DNA from: Somniosus microcephalus
Taxonomy: Eukaryota
Direction of reading: 5' to 3'
Length of the DNA stretch: 64,000 nt
Assembly: GCA_052327205.1 (NCBI GenBank)
Contig: CM126210.1
Coordinates: 177,878,001 to 177,942,000, forward strand
Shown: positions 25,601-40,600 of the stretch, piece after piece
Numbering within the stretch: position 1 is the stretch's first letter
Layout of the letters: each line of letters starts with the position of its first letter
Position numbers and translations under genes: made by a program
Notes under the pieces: generated by a model
What the model was told of the DNA's origin: nothing
The model's database searches: none
The model's input: only the letters and a program-made list of their open reading frames with translations

Positions 25601-28600
25601 CTGGTGGAGCATTCCACATCCTAACAGTCGGTTATTTAAAAAAAAATCTCCTAACTCCTCCTTTCCATCTTTTGGTGATTGATCTTAAAATTATGCCTTC
25701 TAATTACTGACCAGTGGAAATAGATTTTCTTGATTTAAAAAAAAGAAATGAAAATCTCTCCTTCATTCTCTTTCTTAACATACTCTAAGCTTGCTGTGTA
25801 GTTTCTACACTGTCTGTTCCCTGATCTTTCAATGTCATTCTCCACCATACTAGTTTAAATCCACCTGTAGTGTTTTATTAACCCTCCCCTCCAGTGTACT
25901 GGTGCCAGTATGGCTCAGACGAAGGATATTCCAACTTAAAAACTTTTCCCCTGTCGCAGCACTCTTCCCCTGAGCACCAAAAGTCTAAACTCTTCCCTCT
26001 TGCTCCATATGTGTAGTGCACATTTAAGAGCAGAAGTAGGCCATATGGCATATCGAGCCTGCTCCACCATTCAATAAGATCATGGCTGATCATCAACATC
26101 AACTCTACTTTCCCGCCCGATCTCCATATCCCTTGATTCCCCTAGAGTCCAAAAACCTGTCTATCAAATGTCTAATCCTATCTTGTCTTATCCTACCTAT
26201 CCTGTCTAATCCTATCTTGTCTAATCCTATCCTAGCTACCCTGTCCACTATGGCATTGCTAGTAAACCGGAGATTGCTACTTGGATGTCCTTTTCTTGAA
26301 TTTAGGACCTACTCCAGGAACTGCAATCTTCTCTTGCCTAAGCCATTGGTCCCGACATGAATTGTGGCTACTGGCTGCTCCCTCTCCCTTGCCAGAAGTT
26401 TGCATAGCCACTGTGTGATGTTCTTCACCCTGGTGCCATGGAAGTAACAGACCATGCAGGACTTGGCCAGGTCTATAACTCCGATAATGGAATCTTCTCA
26501 TACAACTGCCACTATTTTCTCCTTTGCACTTTTTCTCTCTCTGGCTTGGATTGCCCATTTCATCGCGTGCCAGTGTTGACCCAGACTATCCTCACCCAGG
26601 TCACTGCTGTTAACCCCCGTGTGGGTATCGAAGGTATTGGACAGCTTCGGGAACCTGGGGTTTTCTTGCACTTTCTGTCTCTATGGTGACCGTTGACTGG
26701 GACATGTGATCCTGAAACACCTCATTCTCCCAGATGTTCTGGAATGCAGAGAGTTGGTGCCAAAGCTCAGCGATCCTGCACTTGAGAGAATCCACCCTCA
26801 GGCACCTGATTTAAAAAAAAAAAGACTTGTATTTATATAGTGCCTTTCACAACCACCGGACGTCCCACAGCGCATTACAGCCAGTGAAATACTTTTTGAA
26901 GTGCAGTCACTATATTATAATGTAGGAAACGCGGCAGCCAATTTGCGCACAGCAAGCTCCCACAAACAGCAGTGTGATAATGACCAGATAATCTGTTTTT
27001 TAGTGATGTTGATTGAGGCATATATATTGGCCAGGACACCGGGGATAACTCCCCTGCTCTTCTTCGAAATAGTGCCAAGGGATCTTTTGTGTCCGCTTGA
27101 GAGAATAGACGGGGTCTCTGTTTAACGTCTCATCCAAAAGACGGCACCTCTGACAGTGCAGCACTCCCTCTACTACAACCTGAAGGATCAAATCTTCCTC
27201 GCAAACCGTGGACAACCATCAGCCGTCTCCGAACTGGTCATGGTAGATGCTGTCACCTTCTCCATAGATGGAAGATTCAAGCATCCCCATCATACGACTG
27301 TGGAGCTCCTAATCAGACCCTGGAGCACATCATTGAGCACTGCCCTCAGAGGAAATTTGCAGACAGCCTACAAGATATCCACGCTGTTACACCAGAAGCT
27401 TTGGCCTGGATATCTGACTGAGATATTGACATTTGATTTGCTTTGCTACTACCATACGAAAGAAGTAGTAGCACTGCACTGGAGTGTCAGCCTAGATTTT
27501 TGTGCTCAAGTCCTGAAGTGGGATTTGAACCCACAACCTTCTGACTCAGGCGAGGGTGCTACCAACTGAGCCACGGCTGACACCTAATGCAGACAAAAGA
27601 CTCCGACATCTTGCATTCCACACACATCCTGCAGGCCCCTGCCCCCTCTTTCTAATATTATGAACTTGGCTGAAAGGAAAACGTTTACTCCCTGACTTCT
27701 TACCCAGATTCTGAAGCAGTCCAGGTCACTGGATAGCTAGGAGGAGTAGAAACGTTGTCCAGCTTTGCCTTTTCTAATGGAGGGACACTAGGAGAGACCA
27801 GGCACCATGTGAGACTTTCAGTTGCAGCTGCAAAAATGTTTTTCTATTTCCCCCCCCCGCCCACCCCCCCCAGTATGGAATTTCCTATTATTACCACCAT
27901 TTCTGCACTTCAACTCTCTTTTTGGCAACTACTTGCTCCATGGTGGCCTTCTCCAAGTTGTTTCTAGAGTCTGGGCATTCAGTTAGTTCAACACCCTGGA
28001 GGGATCTCTGCACTGCCTCCCATCTCTGTTTTCCTACTCCGATGGTCACCCACCTCTTTCTTCACTAACTTGCCCTGTCTGTGGCACGGATACATTTTTT
28101 TAGAATGTACATCCCAGGGACGCTTCACTTTCCCATAGATGACCGAGTGCCCCAGCTGCTCCTCAAGCTTAGAATCTTTGGGCACAAGCACTTGGAGACC
28201 TTTCCTGCACACGTGGTCATCCTGGACACGCCTAGCATCCAGGGCCTCCCACACTGCGCAGGTATTGCACATCGCAGGCTAAGCTATCCCAACTCCCATC
28301 TAAACTAAACTCCTCAAACTCTATAATATGCACCTCGAGCATGAACTCCCTCCTAAAGCTAAACTCCACACGGCACTGGTCCTTTTGCACTCTACTAGCC
28401 TCTCATTAGCGCACGGAGATTCTGTGCAGGATGTAAATTTAAAGGTTGTCTTGCAGAAAATATCAATTCTGTAAATGAACAGGAATTGTAATTTGGGCAC
28501 TACTTAAATATTTTGATTTAGTTACTGCTGCAGGTTATTATTTCACTTTCCTAGACGAACTGTGATGTGGCCTGCTTATGTACAGATTTGTGTATGCATT

Positions 28601-31600
28601 AATATAACTGTCTGTAAATGCTTAGAATTTTTAAAGAACTAGATGATTGAATGTCCATGAAATCTTTAACTTTCAAAATGGTGTCCTTAATGGCAATCAA
28701 TATAATGTAACTTTTGATCTCTGGGTTTTCTAGAGTTGTGAAATCAGTCCTTTGTTGGTGCAGCAAGTTGTCACTCCAGCTCTTTCTAATGCAACGCCTG
28801 CTGATAACTGACACTAAATGATTTGACCAGCTTTTTATATATTTTAAAAGAATTGCTATTTTTGACAGTACTTTGTTTCCCCCCCCCCCCTTCTCTCTTC
28901 AGTGCATCAGTAAGCCCCCTGTGCTAGTAGCTTCCACCTACAATTATCTGCAGAACTTGGCCATGGCAGTGGTGTCCCAGAATGCTGTGCTGCTGGAAGG
29001 ACCAATCGGCTGTGGTAAAACTGCTTTAGTAGAATATTTAGCAGCGCTGACGGGTCGACAAAAGCCCCCTGACTTTCTAAAAGTACAGCTCGGAGACCAG
29101 ACTGATAGCAAGGTACGAAATGTGTAAATTCCTGGCTTTTTTTATTTGGAGAGGGCAGCAGTGGCGTTTTGTTTCTGTTCCCAGGCTTTTGTTGATCCCA
29201 GCTTGGCTGCCTGAAGATCCACATGAATAGCCTGAGGTGATCATTCTATTTCTCCATTACCCATAAATTTTCCAACTGTGATCGGCAACCCAATATGTGC
29301 AGAAATGGTGGGTTCAATCGTGCCTTGCAGCACAGCCCGATGGTGTAGCAGTCTTTCTCTTCACCCTCCCTGCTCCCCCCGCACCTAGGGTTTAAAAAAA
29401 AAAAGCTGTGCATCTGTGAGCCGTATCTTGACTTCCCCTCGGACTGCTTAATTCGAGTGAGAGTCTCGAAGGTCCATGAACAGACATCTCTCTGGGTGAT
29501 GCCATAAACTTGCAATGAGAATGGTTGTTTCCTAATTTTGACTTTAGTGTGTTTTTTCTCATCTGTTTCTAATCTGAATTTAGTGAACAGTTTTTTTTGT
29601 AGGGGAGAGAAAGTTGCATGTTTTAACCACTCTAATGAACCACTTCTTAAATTTTGTTTCAATTAATGATTTGTTTGTATATTAGATGTTGCTGGGACTG
29701 TATCGCTGTGCGGATGTTCCGGGGGAGTTTGTTTGGCAGCCTGGATCCTTGACTCAAGCAGTAACCAATGGATATTGGCTCCTCCTGGAGGACATTGACT
29801 ATGCACCTTTAGATGTAGTATGTATCCCCTTGGAGTATTTTACATTAAAGTATTAAACCATAGTTTTGATTAAATATAAAAATGTCCAATTTATAACGTA
29901 TGTAGTGCAAGGCTACAGAGCTGTTTGATTACCCACATGTAGACAGCATACACATTATTTTACTACATGAATCAACAGGACATTCGTATGCAGAGTGGCT
30001 CTTTATTATTGAGTACAGTGGAGTAATTCGATTTATTAATCTACATTCTGTGTGCTACTGCCATTGGCACAATCCTTATGGGCTTCTACCTCGTGTTGGG
30101 TTTTATGCTGAGTTGCTAGTGGGTATTTCCAATCCTTTAGGGACATGCTAACTACCTCGTGGGTCTGATCTGCATGGCTTAGGTCCATAAGCACGGGCAG
30201 TTTCTCGAATTGGGCCTATTCTAAATCGATCTATGATTTTTTGTTTTTAATTTCAGTATTTAATTTTACAAAGCAAGTACTAAACATTCATATGTAAGCT
30301 TGCCAGTAGTCGTAACTTTCACTCAACAAGCTTATTTTCTCAGCAGCAGTTTTACTGGTCAGATGCAAAACTGTTAATTGAAGGGATGTGTTTATCTGGT
30401 TGCTTTCTCATTTAATTGTACATTTCAGGATATTTTACTTTTTTCAATTCTTAATTTGACGGCAATAATTCCTCCTGCATTGCAGATATCGGTGCTGATA
30501 CCTCTCCTGGAGACTGGAGAGCTCCTGATTCCTGGATGTGGCGATTGTATAAAGACAGCGCCCGGATTCCAATTTTTTGCTACTCGAAGGTCAGACATCA
30601 CAAATTAGCAGTCTCAATTGTTTGGGGCTATCGAGTATACCAGCACAACAAACGGGATATTGAAGAATATTGCTTAAAATAAAGCATAATGGGGAAGATT
30701 TCCAACTTGTTGCCCTGGCGTAAAACTGGCATTGCACATCGACCGTCCATGACATCAGTGGCAAAACGGGCAGTTTCTTTAACACGCAGTTGATCTGCAA
30801 TGCCAGTTTAACTCCCAGGCGGCAGGTTGAAAATCTACTCCCATGTTACTAGTGCCAGTTAAACCATATGTTCTGCTCAAAGGACTGCGTAATCGAGAGT
30901 TCAAAATAAAAGGATTTATACTTTTTATTTGAAAAAAGTGTATATTTAAATAAAATTCCAATGCTAAGTTTTCCTGCTTCCTACACCTTTCAAACTTAAA
31001 ACTGGTGAGCATGCAGGCCTGTTGTTTAAAGTCATTTTTCACCACTAATGACGAGTCTGAGCTGATCAGGGTGATTTGACAGATGTATTCTGCCCCCACC
31101 ACTTAGGAGACAGTGAGATCTGTGGTGAGAGGGTTGTTTTCAGGCATGGGTGAGAAAAGTGGTGATTCTAGTATCCAATCACTTATAGTAAGCATTCTTC
31201 ACAAATATCTCTGCAGAATTCTCGCAATTTCATGAGAAGCACTCTTGGAAATGAGAGAAATCTTGCTTGAGGATCCTGCATTTAGTAACTTCACACCTGG
31301 ATGTGAACTTGCATAATTTATATCCAGTAGAGATGAGGACAAATCGATGTCGGGCACTTTAGCTAAGCTATACGTGCTTGGTCCAGTTAGGACAAGGCCA
31401 AACTGGATTGCTCTGATTTATTGCTGAAGAGAAACTGCTATTCAACAGGATGTTTGAATGACAGCAGAAATTGAACTGTGTCAAATGCTGAAACTTGAGC
31501 TATTTTTTTCTTTCCTTACCTGCAAGTCACTGGGTTTGTATTTAACCTCTCTAGGTTGTTTAGCAGCAATGCTGGTTGGTATAGACAACAAAACAGTCAT

Positions 31601-34600
31601 GCAACTTTGCTGGACAAACTCTGGACCAAAATCCAGTTGGACAACATGAACAGGACAGAACTAAAAGAGGTGAGTTTATTTTACTTTTTATCAAATGCTT
31701 TCCTCCCCGACCGCCAAAGAAATCTCTCCAAAGGTGCATTCTGGTAATGGAGTAATAACTGGAGCAGATGTCATTCTCCAAACTTCATTGTGCATTGTGG
31801 CCTAACATGCCATACATTATAGAAGTTTTGCACCCATCTGCCACTGGGTCCTCCAGCACCACTGTACATTCGCAGCTGCATCCACGATGCATCATGCTGT
31901 GCAAACGAGGCACCTTGGGGCCGTAGCAGTTTTCAGCACAGAAGGAGACCATTCACCCCATTGTGTCTGCGCCGACTTTGTTGGAGCAATCCGAAGCTAA
32001 GCCCACTGCTATGCTCACTCCTGATAGCTCTGTATCTTCCTCTGCTTCAGCTGTTTATCCACTTTTCCTTTTGAAAGATGCAACGATTTCTGCCTCAACT
32101 AATCCCCGCAGCAAAGCATTCCATCCTTTTAATAACTCTCGGCATAAAGAGATTTCTTCTAATCTCACTCCCTTTAGTGACCATTTTAAATGGATGATCC
32201 CTCCTCACTGACTCCCCAGCCAGAGAAAACCGTCTTTCCTATTCACCGCCTCAGAACCCTCAATTAAATCATTTTGGTCGTTTCTGCTTCAGTAGAATAG
32301 TAAATAGCATCTTTAGTCTCTCTCTTCATAACTGTTCATCATCCCAATGAACCTATGTTGCAGGGTCTCAATTATTGTTTTTATAATTGGGTGTCCTTAA
32401 CTGTGTACAGAACAATAGCTGTGTGGCTTTATCATTTCCTTGTACAAATTGATCATAATCTCTTCTCCTGTGTTTTGTCCTTTTATTAACCTGCACTTAC
32501 ATTTTCAAGAAATGGTGTTTGATCCCCTGGATCTCTCCGCTCATCAATATCCTTCACCATCTTTCCATTCCTTGTTTTCCTTCCCAGAATGTATGGCCTC
32601 GTGCTTCTCCACAGTAAATTCTATGTACCAGATGTCTGCTCATTCTGCTGACATGTCTGTGTTCTGAAAGTCTTCTGCAGTCCTGCTTGATGTTTGCCAA
32701 ACCCTGATTTTATCTCCGCACATTGATGATCTACTTCCTATGCCCAAGTCCAGATCACTTGTATAGTAAAAAGAAAAGTGGACCCTGCAACCTTTCTCCA
32801 GTCTGAGCAACACCTATTGACCCCCAACTAACAACTATTAACCTTAACCCTTCCTGTTCTAATTTAATGTTTCACTTCAGCCTGCTATGTTAATATCTTC
32901 TTAGGCAGTCCCTCTGAACCGAGGATGACTTGCTTCCACATTAAAAATGAGTTCTCAGGTGACTGATGAGTCCAATGTGGGACCTACAGTCTCTGTCACA
33001 GGTGGGGCAGACGGTAGTTGAAGGGGCGGGTGGGTGGGGTGCTTGGGTTGACGTGCGCTGCCTGCGCTTGGCTTCCGCTTGCTCCCGGCGAAGAGACTTG
33101 GTGTTCAGCGCCTTCCCAGATGCTTCTCCTTCACTTTGTGCGGTCTTGGGCCAGGGATTCCCAGGTGTTGGTGGGATGTTGCACTTTTTCAAGGAGGCTT
33201 TGAGGGTGTCCTTGAAGCGTTTCCTCTGCCCACCTGGGGCTCTCTTGCCGTGCTGGAGCTCCGAGTAGAGCGCTTGTTTTGGGAGTCTTGTATCGGGCAT
33301 GTGGACAATGTGACCCATCCATTGGAGCTGATCAAGCGTGGTCAAAGCTTTGATGTTGGCCTGAGCAAGAACACTGACATTGGTGTGCCTATCCTGCCAA
33401 TGTATTTGCAGGATCTTGCGGAGGTAGCATTGGTGGTACCTCTCCAGTGCTTTGAGGTACCTGCTGTACATGGTCCATGTCTCTGAGGCATACAGCAGGG
33501 CGGGTATCACTGCTGCTCTGTAGACCATGAGCTTAGTGCCGGGTTTGAAGTCCTGGTCTTCAAACACTCTCTCCTCCTCAGGCGACAGAAGGCGGCACTG
33601 GCACACTGAAGGCGGTGTTGGACTTCGTCATCGATGTCTGCCCTTGTTGACAGTAGGCCCCCGAGGTATGGAAAGTGGTCCACGTTGTCCAAGGCCTTGT
33701 TGTGGATTTTGATAATCGGGGGGCAGTACTGTGTGGCGGGGGCAGGTTGGTAGAGGACCTTTGTCTTACAGACGTTTAGTGCAAGGCCCATGCTCTCGTA
33801 CGCTTCGGTGAAGGTGTTGACGACGGTTTGGAGTTCGACCTCCGAGTGTGCGCAGACGCAAGCGTCGTCTGCATACTGTAATTCGACGACAGAGGATGGG
33901 ATGACCTTAGATCTGGACTGGAGGCAACGGAGGTTGAACAGTTTCTCGTTTGTCCTGTAAATTAGCTCCACTCCAGTGGGGAGCTTACTGAGAGTGAGAT
34001 GGAGCATTGCAGCAAGGACGATCGAGAAGAGCGTTAGTGCGATGACACAGCCTTGCTTGACCCCGGTTCGTACGTGAATTGGGTCTGTGGTGGAACTGTT
34101 GGTCAGGGTCGCGGCTTGCATGTCGTCGTGAAGCAGGCAGAGGATGGTGACAAACTTTTGAGGGCAGCCGAATTTGAGGAGGACACTCCATAATCCCTCA
34201 CGGTTGACAGTGTCGAAGGCCTTTGTGAAATCAAAGAAGGCCACGTACAGCGGTTGGTGCTGTTCCCTGCATTTCTCTTGTAATTGACGTGCGGTGAAGA
34301 TCATGTCCATTGTGCCCCTTAATGGGCGGAATCCGCATTGCGACTCTGGGAGGAGCTCTTCGGCCACTGGGAGAAGGCGATTGAGGAGGATTCTTGCGAT
34401 GACTTTCTCTGTGGCAGACAGCAGGGAAACTCCTCTAATTACCGCAATCGGACTTGTGACCATCTTCAAGAAAGGTGACAATTACGGCGTCTGAGATCCC
34501 CTGGCATGCTCTCCTCCTTCCAGATAAGAGAAATGAGTTCATGAATTCGCACCAGTAGTGCTTCTCTACCATGCTTTAGTGCCTCGGTGGGGATTCCATC

Positions 34601-37600
34601 TGCTCCTGAGGCCTTGCTGTTCTTCAGTTGTCGGATGACCTTTTCAACCTCATGCCGGGCTGGGGTTGTGCTGAGATGGTGGCGGGTAGCATGCTGTGGG
34701 ATGGAGATGAGGACACTCGTGTCGAAGAGAGAGTCATGGTTCAAGAGATCTTCGAAGTGCTCCTTCCAGCGGGCACTGACTGCCTCTCTGTCCTTGATGA
34801 GTACCTCTCAGTTCTTGGCCCGCAGCGGGGAAGGGCCTTGGGTGCTTGGGCCGTAGATGGTCTTGACTGCGCTGAAGAATCCATGCACGTCGTGGTTGTC
34901 GGCTAGCTGCTGGATCTCCTGCGTTTTCTCCACCCACCATCTGTTCTTTAGGTCGCGAGTTTTTTGTTGCCAGCTCAAGGAGCAAGGCGGTGGTTACACC
35001 TTCTAGGAAGGCAAATCTGAAGAAGAATGGCACCTCCGTGGGGTAGGCTTTGCCATAAAAAATGAACTGGTTGGGCGTTTCAGAGACTTCCCCATGCGGT
35101 ATAAACGAGCGCCTCATGATTCTTCGACTCACCCTAGCCTGGAGCCAGTGCGCTATGGTCATCAGTGCGTACGCCCCAACACTGGAAGCCACAGACGAGA
35201 CCAAAGAGGAATTCTACTCATCTCGAACAATCCCTGTCCTAAGTCCCAACGGGCGACAAGATAATCCTCTTTGGCGACTTTAACGCCAGAGTTGGAAAGG
35301 ACACAGACCTCTGGGGAGGTGTGATTGGCAGAGGGGGTAGGGAAAGCCAACTCCAACGGTACCCTCCTCCTGTCGAAATGCTTAGAACATGGCCTCGTCA
35401 TAACCAACCCCTTGTTCCGTCAGAGAGACAAGTACAAGGCTTCATGGCAGCACCCTCGTTCCAAGCACTGGCCTATGTCATCGTCTGAGTGAGGGACCGC
35501 AAGGATGTCCGCATCACCCGTGCCATGACAGGAGCTGACGACTGCTGGATAGACCACCGCCTAATCCGCTCTGTCCTCTCCATCAATGTAGCCCCAAAAC
35601 GGCGGCGGCAACAGAAACAATGCCGCAGGAAAATTAACGCTGGCGCACTCAGACCCTGCTAAGAAAGCCCGATTCAGCCTGCACCTCACAAACAACCTGA
35701 TGACTCCCAGTGATGCAGAGACACAGAGTGCCCACAGCACCTGCTCTGCACTCAAGGCCTCCATAATCAGCACCTGTGAAGAGACGCTCGGTCATTCGAC
35801 CAGGAAACACCAAGACTGGTTTGACGAGAATGACCAGGAGATCCAGGAGCTAATAAGTGCAAGCGCAAGGCATTCCTGATCTGGAAACAGCAACAGAACT
35901 CGAGAGCAAGAAAGCAGCTCTACAGACGCCTGAAGGCCGAGGTCCAACAAAAAACTCGTGACCTAAAGAACAGAACAGATATGTTAATATAACCAGCCTA
36001 TGACTACATCTATTCTTTGTCATATCTGACCTTGAGCATGTTCCATGCTGAAGCTAGATGTAAAATAGGGAAGAATGTTTTCTCTGGGTGCGGGGGTGGG
36101 TGGCGTTCAGTGGTGAGGGATCATTAATTTAAAATTGTGACTAAAGGGAGTGGGGAGCGAGGTTAGAAAAAATCTCTCTGCAAAAGTAGTCCTTTCTACA
36201 ACTGAGAGCTTTGTCATAATATGCAGACTTCAGGATATGTTGTAATGGAAAATTAATCGTTTTGGATTATATTCTAATTCCTATTGAGCTATTTTTAAGT
36301 GTTGACAAATGTATTAACGCATACTGTCTTGGGCTAGACGATAATTCTTGTTTTGGAAAAGGCATCTAAATATAAGGTGTATATTTCTATAAACTAACTT
36401 GCACCTGTGTAATATTGGCAGTGGACTGGAAGCTATTTTCATTGCAGAGTGGCACATAGGAGAGGGACAGTAATGCATATTTTATGGTGTTGAAAAATTT
36501 ATGAATATGGTTCTAAAACTCATACATCTTGGTGATTTCTTTCAACATTTACTATCTTAAACTTCCTGTTTTACAGGTGTTAGTAAACCGGTATCCAAGC
36601 CTGGAAATAGTAATAGATCGCCTTTTGGACATTTACTGCCAACTGACTGGCAAGAAACATCAAGGATCGCAAGTCAACTTGGCTGGAAATCATGGAAACA
36701 AACAAGTGCCTGATGAATGTGAAACAAAAACTGAAGATAAAGACTTGTGCCTTGAGGGAAGAGGATTATCTTTAAGGTTTGCAACAATTTGTTTTGGTTT
36801 GTTTTAAATAGTGACTTAGTGTTCTGCTCTGATAATCTAGTGATTAAAACAAGATTGAAGAGAAAGCTTTCATTGTTGTAAGCCTGAAATTTCGAATATT
36901 CTGTTGCTCAAAGGAAGATTTTTTTTATTTTCCCCTGCTTCAATCATAGTCCGTGGAGGAGGAAATTGCAGTTTCTATCTGTAGCAGGATGGTTAATGCT
37001 GAATACACAAATTTCACTTGAAATTCAGAAATAAATGTAAGACTCGCCAGCGTTGGGCAGTGCATGAAGGAAAAGTTCAGTGGCATGCTAGGCAAAGCTT
37101 CACATGACCCTTTTGGGGAGGCGATCCAGGAATAGTGTTTAAAACCGACCTGTGACAATACCGACGACAAATTAGTATGTGGTCATGGTGCATGCACTTG
37201 TATTCAAGTGATTTTTTATATAACATTAAAGTACTGCTTCTTTAAAGAGGAGTTCATAGCAACAAGTAAAATTTTTTTTTTAAATCAAAAAAGTAATTGC
37301 AAATTTTTAAAAACTTATTTAGAGATTTTTTTTCCTAAATTGAATGCTGATCAACCTTGTGGCTGATGGGTCACTGGTGTGGGGATACTGTTGTGCATAA
37401 TAGTGTCCGAGCTGATTAATACTGCACAGATGTGATGGTAGCATCTGGTTTAATGACTATCGTCAATAGGGAAAAACTGGACAATTTTTATTTCAAAAAG
37501 CATCCTGCACTTTACTGATACTGTATCTAGTAGGTTCATATCACAATGTTTGATTTATACAGTCCTTTTTACATTATTGATTTTGCTCTTGCCCTTTCTG

Positions 37601-40600
37601 TAGCTCAAATGTGTTTTAATTAAAAAAAATAAAAATAAAAATGATTTGTCTAGTGAAAGCAGGTCTGGTACAATACTGTATGCTTAATGGTTACATTTAC
37701 CATAATGTGCTCTCGACATGAATTTAGCGTATACTCTACCAGTTTGCATGAAATTGTTTTGCTTTATTCTGTCTAGAGATTTACTGAAATGGTGTGAACG
37801 AATAATTCCTAATTTTGATGGTACTTCCTCTTCTACGGCTCTCTGCATCTTCCAGGAGGTAAGGAGGAGATGAATTTACAACATACAGTTTGTGAAAGGG
37901 TTCTACGGAGTTTATTGATGGCTTAATACCAATAATGTGCAAATTGCGTCTGCTGTCCGTGTCCTAACTCGCACCAAGTCCTGTTCACCCATCACTGCCC
38001 CACATTGGCTCCCGGTTAAACAACGCCTCAATTTTTAAAATTCTCATTCTTGTTTTCAAATCCTTCCATGGCCTCGCCCCTCCTTATCTCTAATCTCCTC
38101 TATCCCTCCGATATCTGCGCCCCTCCAATTCTGGCCTTTTGAGCATCCCCGATTTTAATCGCGCCACCATTGGTGGCCGTGCCTTCAGCTGCTGAGGCCC
38201 TAAGCTCTGGAATTCCTTCCCTAAACCTCTCTGCCTCTCTACCCCTTTTTCCTCCTTTTAAGACTCTCCTTAAAACCTACCTTGTCTGCCCTAATATCTC
38301 CTTATGTGACTCTGTGTCAAATTTTATTTGTTGGTGCTCCTGTGAAATGCCTTGGGACATTTTACTATGTGAAAGGTGCTATATAAATGCAAGTTGTTGT
38401 AGCTGATTTTGGAAATATGCGGCTGCTTGAGCTTAAAATATTGAGGAGACACCGGTCGCTCTCGGTGACTGTAGAAAGGCATGTCGTGGAGCTTCCTCAA
38501 GTAGTTACCATGGTGTTTTGTTTTCCAGGCGCTGGATTGTTTTACAGCCATGATGTCTAAACGGGGGAGTCGGCAGAAAATGGCCGAGATCATTGGAAGC
38601 AAACTGAACATTTCAAAAGAAAAGGTACTGTTTCCTTTTAGTGTGGCATTCTCTCTTTACTGTGTATAGGATTAACTGGTAATCAGCGCTTTTTTTTGGT
38701 AATCTACATTTTTCCCTCCCAATTTTGGGGCTGATTTGCATCCTAAATTTGGTTCCACGATTATTGTCGTAAAAGCAGAATAAGGAAATTTTCTGTTTTT
38801 GTAATGTGGCTTTAGACTTTTTTTTAATTACTAACTTCAGCTACATGTATCCTTAAAACCGTTCCTTTGTCAAGGCAGTAGCTAGTAAACTATTCAGATT
38901 CATCCACATTTACAATGGACGTTGGCCTGGCTGCCTTCGTTGGTGCAACTCGCTGTGTAATCACCAGTTAGGTCAATTTGTTTGGCTGGGTCTGTATTTA
39001 AAATGTTAATCTGGGTTAGTTTGTATAGTGGGGAAGATAGAAAAGCTCCCTTTCTGTAGTAGCTCACTCATATTGGGATATCGTTGAGAGGGAGATGGTT
39101 AATTCTCAACATAACACCTGTGATGTGAAACATGTCATTTGGTATAAAGGCACAGTCTTAGCTACCCAGCTTAGGTTTCAGCTCCATTTCTGGCAGTTGC
39201 ATTTAGCCTTCATTTACTGGTAGGAATATTGTCTCGCATGTACAAATATTTAATTGGGCAATTGATTAAACACTAAGCAATGTGTTCCTGCCATGATATT
39301 TTGACTCCCTCTTTTTATAGACTTTTTTTTACTTTTGGTTATCTAAGTATTTGTAACTCGCTGCAGCTTACTGCTTCTGTGTAACTATCTTACTTGACAC
39401 ACTCAATTATTGTTTTAGCCTGAACATAAAGGCCTGATTGTGTGGTGTGTGTATATACTGTATTTTGGAGCATGCAATAGTGTGTTGGGCATCCCAGTGC
39501 ATTGTATTGTTCCTGTGGCCTGCTGTCCTATTCCCGACGTAATAAGGGTGTAGGCTTTGAATCCCAGGAGATTTGGGCTACGTGGAAAATGCCTGTTTGT
39601 TTTTTGCTGTGGACACGAGATAAAATTGGTAGAATGCCTGAACAATAACAGCTGGCATCTGACTTCAAGTGTGGGTGACCAAATTCTTGGAGAAATAACT
39701 TGGGTTTTCAGAAGCCAGTGAGGACAGAGGTGATAAGTGAACGGGACTTGGTGCGGGATAGCATACAGGAAGCAGAGTTTTGAATGAGCTGAAGTTTAGA
39801 GAGTGGCAGATGAGGGGGCCCCCAGCCAGGAGAGCATTTGAATAGTCGAGTCTGGAGGTGACTAGGCATGGGTGAGGGTTTCAGCGGCAGATGGGCTGGA
39901 GGAGGTGGGTTATGTATTTGAGGTGGAAGTAGGCAGTCTTTTGTAATGGAGATGATATGGGCTCAGAAGCTCTGTTCTGGGTCGAATAGGATGCTGAGGT
40001 TGAGAAGTACCTGCTAAACTGAATTCAGCTTTTACCAAGCTAGTTGGTTTGGGACCTGAGATCAGTGGCGTTGAATAATCTCCTGAAGTATGTAAGGTGT
40101 GAAATGCATGGGAGGGGGGGTGGCAAAGGATCTACACGAGTGGAGATTAGAACGTTGGTACCAGTTGACACTATTTGGACTCTGAACTCTTGGTGTTGGT
40201 ACACCCAGGTATTGTTTCCAATAAAATTATGATGAGTAACTGAGAAGGAAAAAAATTGGCAAGGGAGAAACTGCAGTGGGTACTGAGTTCTGCAGCAATT
40301 TCTGTGTCCAGTTGTAGAGCATGAAGGACTGTGGTTATGGGGAAGAGGAGCCTTGGCTTGAGTTTTCCCCTGCTTAGCCCAGGAACATTGAGGTGTATTG
40401 CAATCATTGCCCTGAAATCGCTAGGCTAAGACTAACTTAACACAAAGTAGTGATTGCTTCCAGGTCAGTTTGGCTCCGATTCAAACCGCGCTGTATTTTT
40501 ACTTAACTGAGCTATCGGGGACGGAGTTATTGATTAAACCGGCAACGATCAATTTTCCCTCCCCTCTTGCAGGTGATTGATATTGAAGTGCAGCATTTAA

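Larger units (their letters stand above)
26280..28300 (-). mobile_element. Fragmented old CR1 5' region/ORF1, interrupted by the SINE at 26822-27584
   Basis: CNTCAVWE...DDHVCRK..Q.L (27988-28272) resembles the CR1 ORF1 zinc-finger/leucine-zipper region. Confidence 0.5.
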
